The translations under genes and the position numbers were made by a program. Source: a virus. Taken from it: a stretch of DNA of 64,000 nt. Every line of letters starts with the position of its first letter. The stretch's first letter is position 1. The stretch is taken from positions 64,001-128,000 of IMG/VR virus record IMGVR_UViG_3300027917_001949. One strand, given 5' to 3'. Of the stretch, positions 35,487 through 46,203 are shown piece after piece. The notes beneath the pieces were generated by a model. It worked only from the letters and a program-made list of their open reading frames with translations, did not search any database and was not told the DNA's origin.

Positions 35487-35902
35487 TTGTTACCTAACTC
35501 CATGTTTACCTGTGACCCCGCATCGTTTAATAACGAAGCAAGCTGGATGAGTTGCCCTTTTGTAAAGTCATTGGCAGTAAAGATACGTGGTACGGTCTCT
35601 TGAACAGCTTCGACCCAATCTTTACTTTCCTTTAACCCCCAATATGTGACTTCACGTACCGCACGAATTACCGCAATCTTATTCATCCCAATATCGGTAA
35701 TCTTCATGGTACACATGTTAGGTTGATACGCTGTTCTACGATACTCGGTATCACATGTTAGGCATTTGATTATCATTTCAGCTTCGTTAGTGTCGGTGTT
35801 GACTAACCGGATATAAAATGCTTCTTGCCCACAGCGTTCGCATGTAGCGTGTTCGAGTACGGTGTCTCCTATCAGCATTTTATTGGGTGGTGGTGGTTTC
35901 AT
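35441..35902 (-). CDS. Zn ribbon + ribosomal L7/L12 C-terminal-like domain + Cys module
   Basis: KIAVIRAVREVT..GLKESKDWVE..P...L..AG; CNTCLHRFKCFT. Confidence 0.75.
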   Translation of the reverse strand: MKPPPPNKMLIGDTVLEHATCERCGQEAFYIRLVNTDTNEAEMIIKCLTCDTEYRRTAYQPNMCTMKITDIGMNKIAVIRAVREVTYWGLKESKDWVEAVQETVPRIFTANDFTKGQLIQLASLLNDAGSQVNMELGNNCNTCLHRFKCFTER

Positions 35903-36715
35903 GTAAGTACTCGTCCTTAATCTCTATAGTCAAATCAAACACGTTAGGCATCTCCATACCTATATAGTCACCAAAGGTCTCTATCAGATTCCACATCTGC
36001 CACTCACTCCATCCGTCCTCATCCTCTTGGATTAATGGTCGGTTATACCATAGTGAATCAGGAGTACGTGAAGTTAGCGGAGTATGTGGCAATTGGCACA
36101 TTAGTTCGTCACGTTTTTGTTGCAACACCTTTCGTCCATGTTCTGTTAATCTGACTCTTACATTGTCGTTAATGTTGAACATCATACGATAATCACCCAA
36201 TCATCGTTTTTACCGACAAGGATAACACCAGTTCCGTTGCCCTCTTTTACTTCTTCGTCACCGGTAGGAATTTCTACACCATATTTCTCAAACTCGTACC
36301 AACTGGCAAGACCGTACGAAATATAACTACCCTGCATTAGCTCATATATCTCGTCCCCACTATACTCACTGGTATCAGGGTCTCGTAATACTAATAATGT
36401 TATTGCCGATTCCTCATTACTCCACCCACGTAATTCCATACCATGTTCACGAGCGTAGTCTCGAATGATATTGACTTTACCCACCGTCCAACTGTATTTG
36501 TTGTTACCGAACGCATGGTACGCATACTGTGCCGGAGGATACCCTCTCATTTTTCTCATTTCCTCAAGGTATCCATCAATATCGTCACTGGTAAACCTAG
36601 CTTCTAACTCTGCCAGACCCGTCTTTTCAATCTTAATATCCAGAGTCGGTGGTATAGGAGACTCTGCAAGCACAATATTATCATTGTGTAGTAGTTTTAT
36701 TTTATCGACTGCCAT

Positions 36716-37222
36716 CTATATTGCTTCCTTCATATCTTTTAACTCATTATATGAGTCCACAACAATATCTGTATCGTTCGCCCACTGCCAATTACCGGTG
36801 GTACATTTCACACCGTATGGGTATCCATTACACTCAAGGTTGCTTATCAGGATACCATACTCACGCTCATTATTCAATGCCTTCAACTGGTCAACAGTCC
36901 ATCTCTCACCGAACAGTATCTCTGGTGACTCATTCTTTTTCTTACCCCTAATTTCCTCTGTCTTGTGAGATGTAGCACACTTAAATCTCTGACCACAGTC
37001 TTGGCACACATCTTCCAACCCCAACCGGTCAGCTTTGAACTCAATATCCTCGTCACATAGGACGTTTTGTGCTGAAATTACTTCTTGGTCGTAGAAGTAC
37101 AAACCATATGTACCTCTTGGTATGTCGTCTAAGTTGGCAGGTATGCGAGTAGTCACCTCTCGTGTTTCGCTCTCTGCCACAAAAGCTCCTGGTTGATAAA
37201 AAGTTACGTAATGTTTTAACAT
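36716..37222 (-). CDS. Phage protein with internal Cys module (CQDCGQRFKCAT)
   Basis: Motif in mid-protein. Confidence 0.7.
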   Translation of the reverse strand: MLKHYVTFYQPGAFVAESETREVTTRIPANLDDIPRGTYGLYFYDQEVISAQNVLCDEDIEFKADRLGLEDVCQDCGQRFKCATSHKTEEIRGKKKNESPEILFGERWTVDQLKALNNEREYGILISNLECNGYPYGVKCTTGNWQWANDTDIVVDSYNELKDMKEAI

Positions 37223-37476
37223 CGAATCACTCTCTCCACTAATTTCACTTGGTACGTCCCACCATATTCTTCCCTTACGACTCTGCCGCTTCGTACCAAG
37301 CTTTTAATTACTGACTCTGGTAGTGCTTTATATTTATGCTTCTCGTCAAACCTTGTCGCAAAACACGGAAATCTTGCCGGACAATCATCACACTGGTCAT
37401 CACAGGTAAGAATGCACATATCGTCAAGTAGACACTCTTCCTGACACTCGCTTCCACAATCAATTGATATTTTCAT
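37216..37476 (-). CDS. Cys-rich module protein (CDDCPARFPCFA)
   Basis: Recurrent motif. Confidence 0.65.
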   Translation of the reverse strand: MKISIDCGSECQEECLLDDMCILTCDDQCDDCPARFPCFATRFDEKHKYKALPESVIKSLVRSGRVVREEYGGTYQVKLVERVIRC

Positions 37477-37759
37477 TCTATTGGTGTACCAACTCCCTCT
37501 CTATCTACTGCAAAGCAGTCCTCGAAACCACGTCGTTTTTTGTACTCAGTCAACTCGGTTTCATCGTCGTATGCAACCACTTCGAGAAGAGTGTTGCTGT
37601 CTAGGAGTGCCAAGTTTTCATGTTCAGGGTATACATTATACATAACTTTCGTAAGATGTAACCCTAAAAACAATGACTCAGTGAACACAGGACGAATCCC
37701 GTATTGCTGACACACAAATATAAGTTCCGGTAAGTTGGTCGCTGCCTTGATTGTTCGTA

Positions 37760-38059
37760 TCATCCTGTCCTCATAAAAGTTATTTCTAGTTGCTGTTCTC
37801 CCCGCACATTCAACACTTGTTGCACGTTCATGATAGTCCATTGACCATGTGATACGTTGTGATTATAATCATATTTTAACATACCTTGACACGATATGTC
37901 AAATCTTGTCGGAACAATTGCCTTAGTCTTTAATATTGACGACACGGGATGACTATACACCACATGCCTTGCTCGTGTCATGCACTTGAACCTGTTCTCA
38001 CAATCGTCACAATAGTCACCGATTATGTCTTTGGTAGATAATGATAAAGCCATTTTCAT
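37760..38059 (-). CDS. Hypothetical Cys-module protein (CDDCENRFKCMT)
   Basis: Recurrent motif. Confidence 0.6.
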   Translation of the reverse strand: MKMALSLSTKDIIGDYCDDCENRFKCMTRARHVVYSHPVSSILKTKAIVPTRFDISCQGMLKYDYNHNVSHGQWTIMNVQQVLNVRGEQQLEITFMRTG

Positions 38060-38317
38060 TGTATTGCTCGGTTACGGATGTAGTACATGACGTACCCCAA
38101 ATCAGGGGAACGAAATGTATATCCCATATCTTCCTCAGTATCATTCTCGTCCTCGTAGTCATACCGCAACCACTCAATCTCGTGTTCGTAGTCACTCTCT
38201 GCCACTCGCTTTGCTTCATCAATATCATGATAAAGACCCATCGAATGTTCGGTAGTATACTCTGTTCCCATCGGTCCGCCAAGATGAGTTAAGTCCTCGT
38301 AGATGAGTTCGTACACA

Positions 38318-38686
38318 CTATCGGTCACGATACACCCCCGCTTGCCGGAGCTTGTTCAAGTCAAACTCGGCTTCTCTGTTCGTCCAGCAGATGAATCTCA
38401 TGTTACATTCGGTACACTGGTCGGGGTAGTTCTTACATAGTATTGGTACTTTCTGACCCCAATGTGATGCGTCCACACCCATGATTAATCTGCCCTGACC
38501 GTCCACAGTCAATCCGTCACGACGTAACGCATCGATGTGTTTACATGTACGGTTACCACGCTGGTTGTATATCCAGCTTGGGCAGTTACAGGAGAATAAG
38601 CCATTTTGGTCTACCTTGATGGTGTAGTTTCGTCTGCCACTAGACGATGGTACTTCTGCAAAAAAGTTATATTTCATTAATCCCAC
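38318..38686 (-). CDS. SWIM Zn-finger protein with Cys module (CTECNMRFICWT)
   Basis: SCNCP...CKHI. Confidence 0.75.
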   Translation of the reverse strand: MGLMKYNFFAEVPSSSGRRNYTIKVDQNGLFSCNCPSWIYNQRGNRTCKHIDALRRDGLTVDGQGRLIMGVDASHWGQKVPILCKNYPDQCTECNMRFICWTNREAEFDLNKLRQAGVYRDR

Positions 38687-38900
38687 TCCAGATTAATAGT
38701 ATCACATTCTTCCATAATTGGACACAGTGTGCCCTGTTTCTGAGAAATCGAACATCCTTTACACTTACTGAAGTCAACGATTCTCGTTTCTTCTTCAGTA
38801 TAGTCGTAATCGTTGAGGGATGTCATCATCGCAGCTTGTGATGCCTCATCGATGTCACTAACATCAATATCATAAAATCCCTTGAGCTTCTTGTATATTC

Positions 38901-39254
38901 TTATTTCCATACTGCACTTCCTACCCAACTCGGATTGCCAATTAATACTCCCCGTTCATCTATTTGGCGTGAACCATGATTAAATTTACGACAATAATGA
39001 CACATGAATTTCAAGTTATAGTTGTACTGATGTTCGTTTATCGCAAATATACGGTTACAATACGGACATTGCATAAGATAGTAACCCTGTAGTTCTGCCC
39101 CGATTACGATGGTTTTCGTTGGTTCAATATTCTCCAACACCAACCACCGGTCTGTTCTCGTAGTGTAACATTTAAACCGCCACGGACACTCGTCGCAGTT
39201 TCCCTCACATTCACCCCAAATTGCAGTATTACCAAAGTGTGTTATTATCTTCAT
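38901..39254 (-). CDS. Cys module plus Zn-ribbon protein (CDECPWRFKCYT)
   Basis: Motif plus CPYC/CHYC. Confidence 0.7.
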   Translation of the reverse strand: MKIITHFGNTAIWGECEGNCDECPWRFKCYTTRTDRWLVLENIEPTKTIVIGAELQGYYLMQCPYCNRIFAINEHQYNYNLKFMCHYCRKFNHGSRQIDERGVLIGNPSWVGSAVWK

Positions 39255-39275
39255 CTAATCATCTGCCACGATATT

Positions 39276-40265
39276 TCACCCACCCAAACTCTGGTACAAC
39301 ACGTATGTACCTAAGTCTTTCTCTTTGACGGCTATCATACATTCTTCGGAAGGGTTACCGTATGGTATTATCTCGGTATCGTACATACAATCTCGTCTAA
39401 ACTCATTTACCTGTGATGTAAAAGATACTATTTTATCTCGTCTGTTCTTAGGTTTAGCCAGAGTGACAACTATCAATGAATTAGGGAATTGCTCTTTCAG
39501 TCTGTTAATATATGCTGCCTTCTGGAATATTCCATACCCATCAACAATAATGACAGTTCGTTCCTGACTTCTCGTGAGCAAGTCTGCCGCATCTTTGCAG
39601 ATAGCTCTGACTTCTATTCCTTTTAGCTCTCCATATCGCACGACCTGATTTAGCTGGTGCAAGTCTATTGAGTTGGCTAAAACATAATTAATCTTCACGT
39701 CCGAACAGTAGTCGATAAATTTTGCAGTATTCAGATACGCTCTTTTATATTTACCCTTGATGAATCCCTCAATTGCACCACAGCAAACAAAGATTCCATT
39801 CTTAGCTTTATATTTCGATGTGTGTAAATATTGGTACAACTTTTTAGCCTTATCAACCTCTCCCTCTCCGGTTAAAAAAGGGTGACTCAGTATATTTTTA
39901 GATGTTTGTAAGAAGTTAACAAGGTAGAAGTCACTTATTTTGCTCATGACCGTATTAAAGTCATCGATTGCTGGTAACATAGTTACTGTTTCTTCTAGGT
40001 CTTTTGCCGGATTTAATACTAACTTAGAAACAGCCCCATTAAATTTTGACTTCCCTTTCTTACCATACATTCCAGAACCTTTACGAATAGTATTCATTCC
40101 TTTAGTAAATACATCTATGGTTACTAACCAAGATTCTGGATATTTGTATACTATCTGCTCTGCCATGGCTACTTTGTCCATGTCTTTATCCAACATAGAA
40201 AGTCCGGTATTTGGTATGCACTTTCGATTAAAAGCGTCCGTTATAATCTCAGTAAAGTTTATCAT
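39276..40265 (-). CDS. Hypothetical protein (329 aa)
   Basis: Long ORF, coupled to upstream gene. Confidence 0.75.
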   Translation of the reverse strand: MINFTEIITDAFNRKCIPNTGLSMLDKDMDKVAMAEQIVYKYPESWLVTIDVFTKGMNTIRKGSGMYGKKGKSKFNGAVSKLVLNPAKDLEETVTMLPAIDDFNTVMSKISDFYLVNFLQTSKNILSHPFLTGEGEVDKAKKLYQYLHTSKYKAKNGIFVCCGAIEGFIKGKYKRAYLNTAKFIDYCSDVKINYVLANSIDLHQLNQVVRYGELKGIEVRAICKDAADLLTRSQERTVIIVDGYGIFQKAAYINRLKEQFPNSLIVVTLAKPKNRRDKIVSFTSQVNEFRRDCMYDTEIIPYGNPSEECMIAVKEKDLGTYVLYQSLGG

Positions 40266-41134
40266 AGTCCAATCTCACTTAGGAATATCGTTGCTAATCT
40301 ATCAATGTTTTGTTTATAGGCATCGTCTACGACGTATTCCGTCAGATTTGCATTATTCTTATCCAACACATAGTGAAGCTGTGCCCCTAACCACGTCCTA
40401 TTGCTAGGAGTTACCATAGTTGTCTGTGTGGCAATTTTTGATGTATACATGTCATCCATAAACTTCTGAACAATGGGTGAAGTTATACTTGGTGTCATTG
40501 AAGGATTACTCGCATAATTACACATGATGTTAAATTGCTCGACGATGTATTCCTCGTTGGTGGGATTCTCCCATAGTTGAAGCACCACCGCTTTTAATGA
40601 ATGAGCTTGCCGATAAACTGGTGCGTTACTGTCACAAAGCTTTGACAGGTAATGCTTCATCTTATCATGAGCTTTTATTAGTTCATCTACAGATGCTTTA
40701 GCCCTCGTATGACCGCTACTTAAAAGTGCGTTAAGTGTACTCTGTTCATTTTTAACCAACCTGTCATTAACATAGCTGTTAAAAATAGCCGTAGTTGTTC
40801 GTGGAAGTCCCCTATCCATGTGGATTATCAGTTCTTTCGGTACATGACGAGCAATAAAGAATGTTATACTTGCATCAGGAAATTTTGTAGTGTATTTCTT
40901 AGTCGCTTCCATACGATGTTGCCCATTCATCATTTCTTCTGTTCCATCATCGGCATCACAGAATACGATTGGGTCAAGTATTCCAGAAGTCCAGTTACCG
41001 TTCTCCATGTCTCTGGCATAGGAGTCCGCTGTAGCCTGATTTATATTTCTAATATTGTTTCCCTTAGCCAAATATTCAACTGCTATTGCGTGGGTAACTT
41101 CAACCATTTCCAGTGTATATGGAAGTCCTTTCAT
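40262..41134 (-). CDS. ParB/Srx-like N-terminal domain protein
   Basis: N.RNI....YARDM..G.W...NGQHR. Confidence 0.65.
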   Translation of the reverse strand: MKGLPYTLEMVEVTHAIAVEYLAKGNNIRNINQATADSYARDMENGNWTSGILDPIVFCDADDGTEEMMNGQHRMEATKKYTTKFPDASITFFIARHVPKELIIHMDRGLPRTTTAIFNSYVNDRLVKNEQSTLNALLSSGHTRAKASVDELIKAHDKMKHYLSKLCDSNAPVYRQAHSLKAVVLQLWENPTNEEYIVEQFNIMCNYASNPSMTPSITSPIVQKFMDDMYTSKIATQTTMVTPSNRTWLGAQLHYVLDKNNANLTEYVVDDAYKQNIDRLATIFLSEIGL

Positions 41135-41139
41135 TATTT

Positions 41140-41349
41140 TTATCCTCCTTTATCTGCCACAATTCTCCAGGTGTCGATGCCAGGAATTAGCGATAATGTC
41201 CTACCATTATCCCAGTGCATCAGTAAGTGTCCCAGTCCGTCTACATCGTAGCATGTACCAACAGTACCGGCAGGCACTGGGTTGGGGTCGTACGGCATGG
41301 AGATTAGTTCTATTCGTTTGCCGATGTACTCGTTACTCATCTCCCTCAC
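41140..41349 (-). CDS. DUF4314 family protein
   Basis: GKRIELISM.DP.PVPAGT.G...VD..G...WDNG.TL.L.PG.D. Confidence 0.85.
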   Translation of the reverse strand: MREMSNEYIGKRIELISMPYDPNPVPAGTVGTCYDVDGLGHLLMHWDNGRTLSLIPGIDTWRIVADKGG

Positions 41350-41710
41350 CCCTAAGTTCGTTAAGTATCGCTCCCAAGAATGCCACCGCTACCATCGGGA
41401 ACAATGTTCCGACAAACCAGAGAATCAACCACATCTGCCAATATCCGATGTGTGGTACATTAAATATCTCAGTAATCGGACCATTCCATACCAACATGGC
41501 GATAAGTGCTTCTACAAATGAACCAACAAATAACGAACCAAACCATAGTCTGGTTGATAATTTCAAATTAAAGTACCTCTAGTTTAGCTTCAAGTTCTGC
41601 CAACCGTTCTCTATCCGCAGCAGACATGCCTATTGTCCCAATCTGCTCTGCTACAGTCAAGTATTTCTTGTATATTGTTACCATTTCCTGTAATATTGTT
41701 TCTCGTTCTG

Positions 41711-42193
41711 TCATCGCCAAAACCTCTTTGTTGTTCTCGTGTTCCGTTGCATTTTTTGTGGGTCTTGTGAGAATACCTTACTATCACGAGGTTCTTCGTG
41801 TTGTGTTGTATAACATTTGAACCTATCCTGACAAGTGGTGCATATCTCACGTATCTCCTTATTTAATAACTGCCGAATCTCGGAGTGTGGTCTGTTCTTA
41901 CACTCTCGACATAGCGGTATGACAAAGTTACATGTGCTGTTCGTGTTAAATTGTAGCCGTTCAACTGTGGTGGGGAACAGGTTTTCACCTTTTACCAATC
42001 CACACAACGTGCAATACACCATGCGACTACGCTGACGTTCTTCCTTCCGGCACTTATCACAGATAGGTTTAATGACGGTAACTCCGTCCTCTACCATCGT
42101 GTATGCCCGTACATTTTCATGTACGAAACCACAATTAACACACCAACCTATACGATGTTTTGTGTTACTCATAATTTTTTCTGTGCTGAACAA
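41711..42193 (-). CDS. Multi-CxxC protein with Cys module (CTTCQDRFKCYT)
   Basis: Several CxxC pairs plus motif. Confidence 0.7.
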   Translation of the reverse strand: MFSTEKIMSNTKHRIGWCVNCGFVHENVRAYTMVEDGVTVIKPICDKCRKEERQRSRMVYCTLCGLVKGENLFPTTVERLQFNTNSTCNFVIPLCRECKNRPHSEIRQLLNKEIREICTTCQDRFKCYTTQHEEPRDSKVFSQDPQKMQRNTRTTKRFWR

Positions 42194-42396
42194 TTGCGGA
42201 TAATCTATCTTCTCTGCTGAACAATTGCGGATAATCTAGTCGTACCTGCTTAAGCCGTTGCCAAACTTCCTCCGTAGGAGTGTCCAATTTCAGCATATCG
42301 ATTCCGCTGTCTGCCATCCGTACCACAGCTTCCGCAAATTGCGTGTCTGACATGTTAAGTAAATCTTGTGCCGTACAGTTTGAATAGTCCATTCTT

Positions 42397-42879
42397 TTAC
42401 CTCATCGTTGTGAGACACTTAAATCTATCTGGACAAGTGCCACAATTCTCACCTTCTCCTAGTGGTAACTCCTCGATAGTTATTCGTAAAAATTTATTGA
42501 GATTCTTCGTGAGTATATCAGTCACGTCTTTCAATGCTGAATATCGAACCGGACGGTGATTATAGTGCCATGCCCTTTTGGTTGCGGTGTTATCTCTGAA
42601 ATCTGGACAACCTAGATAGTGATAGATTAGATAACGAGTACCGTCCTCAAGTCGTTCCACCGCATCCTCTTCCTCTTTGAGAAAGCCTTCCATCACCGCA
42701 GGTTGTCTTGCCGCTTTAGATTCTCTTACCAGAAGTTCCTTTCGAGCATCCTGAACTTTGTCAATCAGATTATCAGCTTCGAAATGAAACTCTTGTGGTA
42801 TAACTGACAAACGTTTCATTAGGGCAGCAAGTTGTTCACGTATCTCATCGAATTCTTTAGCCGCTTCCGTTCTGTTCAA
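42397..42879 (-). CDS. Hypothetical protein with C-terminal Cys module (CGTCPDRFKCLT)
   Basis: Recurrent motif at extreme C-terminus. Confidence 0.7.
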   Translation of the reverse strand: MNRTEAAKEFDEIREQLAALMKRLSVIPQEFHFEADNLIDKVQDARKELLVRESKAARQPAVMEGFLKEEEDAVERLEDGTRYLIYHYLGCPDFRDNTATKRAWHYNHRPVRYSALKDVTDILTKNLNKFLRITIEELPLGEGENCGTCPDRFKCLTTMR

Positions 42880-43211
42880 CAGTCACTTCCGACACTTTCT
42901 TTATACACTGTGGGCACTCGCTTCGACGTGGGGTATGTTCCCACATTCTGCCACACTCTTTGCATACCTGCATCAATACTTTAATACATGCTACCATTTT
43001 ATTTTCCAAACTTTCTCATAATATCAAAACCGCTTAACCCGATTTTTGGCTAAGAAAATTTTTCAAACTTCGCCCTGTTCTGCTGGTGGTTCATTTCTTT
43101 TTCACCACTATCAATATTAGAAAGAGTAACCAAATAATACCCATAACAACAATTGCCCACCCTGCATAGGTTGGGTTATGCCAAAGGTTGATGTACCAGT
43201 TACCAATTGTC

Positions 43212-44960
43212 TCAATCATCTTCCATCACAATTATCTTGCCCAAACTTGGATTCCATCCGTTTGTATAGTTATTGGGAGTCATTACCCATATTGTAGGAC
43301 AAGTTATTTTGCTAGGATAAGAACCTGCCCCATCAGTACAGTAGATAACACCATCGACCTTCTTCTTGAGATGGAATGTTTCGCCATTATTATTGGTGTA
43401 TACCCTTTTTTCGACCAGTTCAAATACCGGTCTAAAATCAGTACCACCATAACCATATCTTTTTATGCCCTCACCCTTCGGTGGTTTGCGTTTATAATCC
43501 TGAACGTGAGTTATATCCGCATCACATTCGACATGGGTAATACCAATCCCTGCCTTAAACATAGCTCCTATTTCTTTCCAGAACATAGCAAATTCTTTGT
43601 CATCTACACTGCCGGAGCTATCTGTTGCTACCACGAAGTGAGCTTTACGTTTCACTCGATAGCCTGGAAATGTTATCGGGAAACGTCGATTCAGCCGTTT
43701 ACGAGTCGATACCCAACTAGCAAATTCTCTGAATCCATAGAATCTCTTTAACTCTGATTTCCAAGTGATAGTCTTGTGGTACAGACATTCATCGATTAAA
43801 CCCTTTAACCAAGCAGGCATCGTACCCTGAGACTTGTTCGCTGATTTATGTACCGCTTTCTTGACCATCTCTTTAATTTTCTCGTGAGCTAATTCACGGT
43901 TATCGCTACCCGCTGCCCATGCTGAATGATTATCCATCGGCATCGGTATCTTTGTACCGTTTACATCAACGTTACAACCACTTCCAGTATGCGGAACGCT
44001 GCCGTCACCCTGATTTCCACTGCCGTTTCCGCTGTCCTGTTTCTGTTGATATTCACCTTTTCCTTGTCCTTGACCATTGCCGGTTTGCTGATTCTGGTCT
44101 TGACCTTGACTCTGTCCATCCTTACCACCACCTTGTCCACTGCCTTGTTGTCCCTGACCTTGACCATCACCACCCTGACCCTGACCTTGACCACTGTCTT
44201 GTTCCTGCCCCTCACCCTGACCAGCACCTTGCTGTTGCTGTTGACCGTCACCCTGCTGACCTTGCCCCTGTCCTTCACCCATTTGCTGACGAGCCGCAGA
44301 CTCTTGTTGAGAAGTAACAGATGTACCAATTTCTACATACTGCTTCGGCATCTTATTCCAGATTATGTCGTAGTATATCTCAGATGCCTTATTTTCTTCA
44401 AGCGGTATTTTCTCGTCACCGATAAAGAACGATTTCAAATTCAAGGTTTCAAATTTGTGCGTATCTGGGTTAAGTGGCATGTCACATACTGGACATTCCT
44501 TACGATTTGCACCGGACGAGGTTTTACGAACAAAGATGTTACACTCTGGACACATCAGTCCGCTTGGTAGCCCTTTGATGAACTGGTTTATTGCAACATC
44601 ATTTGCCAAATTCCACACATAGTGATTTCTATTCTCTGCTCTGATAAGATGTTTGTTGAGTATGTGCAAAATTTCATGCTCAAGACAAGCTATTTTTTCT
44701 TCTTGAGTCAACCCCCAAGATTGGGCACTTGGATTGCTTTTATTATAGTCACCACTGTTGTAAAAATCGGTATTAATAAACAGATGAGGCTGTAACTCAC
44801 TACTAATCATTACTGCCATAGTAGTGATTACCCGACCACCGATGTTCAAAGGAGAGTTTTTGTTTACAGTGTGTCTACGAAACTGCTGTAACAAATGCCC
44901 ATAGAAGTGCTTTTGCTCAAGTAGTAATTCAATTACTTCCGGTTCGATTAATTCTTTCAT
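43212..44960 (-). CDS. DUF2201-type putative metallopeptidase plus VWA-like protein
   Basis: HEILH, WNLANDVAIN, DSSGS MIDAS, GGTDFRP, TDG. Confidence 0.88.
   Translation of the reverse strand: MKELIEPEVIELLLEQKHFYGHLLQQFRRHTVNKNSPLNIGGRVITTMAVMISSELQPHLFINTDFYNSGDYNKSNPSAQSWGLTQEEKIACLEHEILHILNKHLIRAENRNHYVWNLANDVAINQFIKGLPSGLMCPECNIFVRKTSSGANRKECPVCDMPLNPDTHKFETLNLKSFFIGDEKIPLEENKASEIYYDIIWNKMPKQYVEIGTSVTSQQESAARQQMGEGQGQGQQGDGQQQQQGAGQGEGQEQDSGQGQGQGGDGQGQGQQGSGQGGGKDGQSQGQDQNQQTGNGQGQGKGEYQQKQDSGNGSGNQGDGSVPHTGSGCNVDVNGTKIPMPMDNHSAWAAGSDNRELAHEKIKEMVKKAVHKSANKSQGTMPAWLKGLIDECLYHKTITWKSELKRFYGFREFASWVSTRKRLNRRFPITFPGYRVKRKAHFVVATDSSGSVDDKEFAMFWKEIGAMFKAGIGITHVECDADITHVQDYKRKPPKGEGIKRYGYGGTDFRPVFELVEKRVYTNNNGETFHLKKKVDGVIYCTDGAGSYPSKITCPTIWVMTPNNYTNGWNPSLGKIIVMEDD
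44010..44290 (-). repeat. Gly/Gln-rich low-complexity coding repeat (GQGQG..)
   Basis: Imperfect GGTCAG/GGACAA-type repeats encoding a GQ linker. Confidence 0.8.
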
Positions 44961-44962
44961 AT

Positions 44963-46153
44963 TTACCCAATGTCATTCTTTCTGGCGTCTCTTAGGATAG
45001 CAAACAAGTCGTCACGTGCGAGAAGGAGACGTTCGTTTATGTCGTTATTATTTGACAGTTCCTTGAGAACATCAAATGCCAAGTCTTGAGGTAACATGAC
45101 AAAGAAGTCCGCAGCATTGTTAAGCTGTTTATCATTATAGTCATGTGATGTTTCTTCGCTTAAGCATTGCCCGATTTCATCAAGAGTAATACGAAGTAGG
45201 TCAAACCTAGTTGTACCATCACCTGCCTCGACCTGCTCAAGTATCCGGTCTTTAACTTTATCGAAACCATCAAATATCTCACGAGCTTTAATTGGTTTAT
45301 CGATTTCAGTCTTAAGCGACTGCCAGAAGCTTGTCGCTGCCGCAGAACCTATGACCATTTCTGCAACGTCCAACCAGTGTTTGCGTGGGATAGGTGTGCC
45401 TTTCTTAACCTTGTCGCTTATTAACAAGCTAAGAAATTCATAACCACGTGGAGTAGGAAGAATTTCAATCGGAATGTCGATTGACTCATTGCCGAGGAAT
45501 GATTCCTCTATCGCAATAAAGTCTACAATATTCTGGTCAATCCCATGTTTACGTGCCCACTTCAACCAGTTATCTGTTGATGTTACGTACTTAATATGTA
45601 CGAATCTGTTCATTAATGCAGGGTCAAGTTCTGTAACATTGTAATCCTGACCAGTGCCCGCATCACTTGACGGTGGATTACCGGCACATATTATCGGACA
45701 ATCATCCGGTATTTCATGGGTATGGATACGTCGGTCAAGTACAATCTGAAACGCTGCCTGTTGAACGTCCTCTCGACCACGATTGAACTCATCGAAGAAG
45801 AGAGCAACTTTTTCACCTGGCTGAGGAAACCAACTGGGTGGTAACCAAACCATTTTGCCAGCAATCGGTATGGTTGCACCGTCCTGTTCGCACATCGGAC
45901 AATTGGTGAACCGTGCCGCAAACCCATATTCCGTACCACATTTTGGACAATAATACAGTGAAGCAGGATGCCCAATAAGGTCACCAACTTCCATCTGACC
46001 GAGACGCAAGTCTCGTACTTTGTAGCCAAGAGCTTCATATACTGCTCTGGTAATCTGACTTTTACCGATTCCATGTTTGCCCCACAGGAACGGTGTCAGA
46101 CCGACTTCGCCACACCTTTTAAGAACCAATTCGATAAGTGCTATATCCTGCAT
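44963..46153 (-). CDS. MoxR-like AAA+ ATPase with Zn-ribbon insertion
   Basis: GKHGIGKS, FFDEFNR, AGNP, LDPALMNRF; CPKC..CPMC insert. Confidence 0.9.
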   Translation of the reverse strand: MQDIALIELVLKRCGEVGLTPFLWGKHGIGKSQITRAVYEALGYKVRDLRLGQMEVGDLIGHPASLYYCPKCGTEYGFAARFTNCPMCEQDGATIPIAGKMVWLPPSWFPQPGEKVALFFDEFNRGREDVQQAAFQIVLDRRIHTHEIPDDCPIICAGNPPSSDAGTGQDYNVTELDPALMNRFVHIKYVTSTDNWLKWARKHGIDQNIVDFIAIEESFLGNESIDIPIEILPTPRGYEFLSLLISDKVKKGTPIPRKHWLDVAEMVIGSAAATSFWQSLKTEIDKPIKAREIFDGFDKVKDRILEQVEAGDGTTRFDLLRITLDEIGQCLSEETSHDYNDKQLNNAADFFVMLPQDLAFDVLKELSNNNDINERLLLARDDLFAILRDARKNDIG

Positions 46154-46173
46154 ATATATCCCCCACTGTAATT

Positions 46174-46203
46174 ATTATACCATAAAGCCCTAGTCACTGT
46201 CAA
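46174..46203 (-). promoter_or_regulatory. Sigma70-type promoter
   Basis: TTGACA-18-TATAAT with TG extension. Confidence 0.7.

Noticed and set aside
44010-44290. Repetitive DNA considered as a possible CRISPR or tandem array
   Set aside because: Imperfect codon-level repeats encoding a Gly/Gln linker, with no repeat-spacer periodicity. No CRISPR array was seen anywhere in the window.
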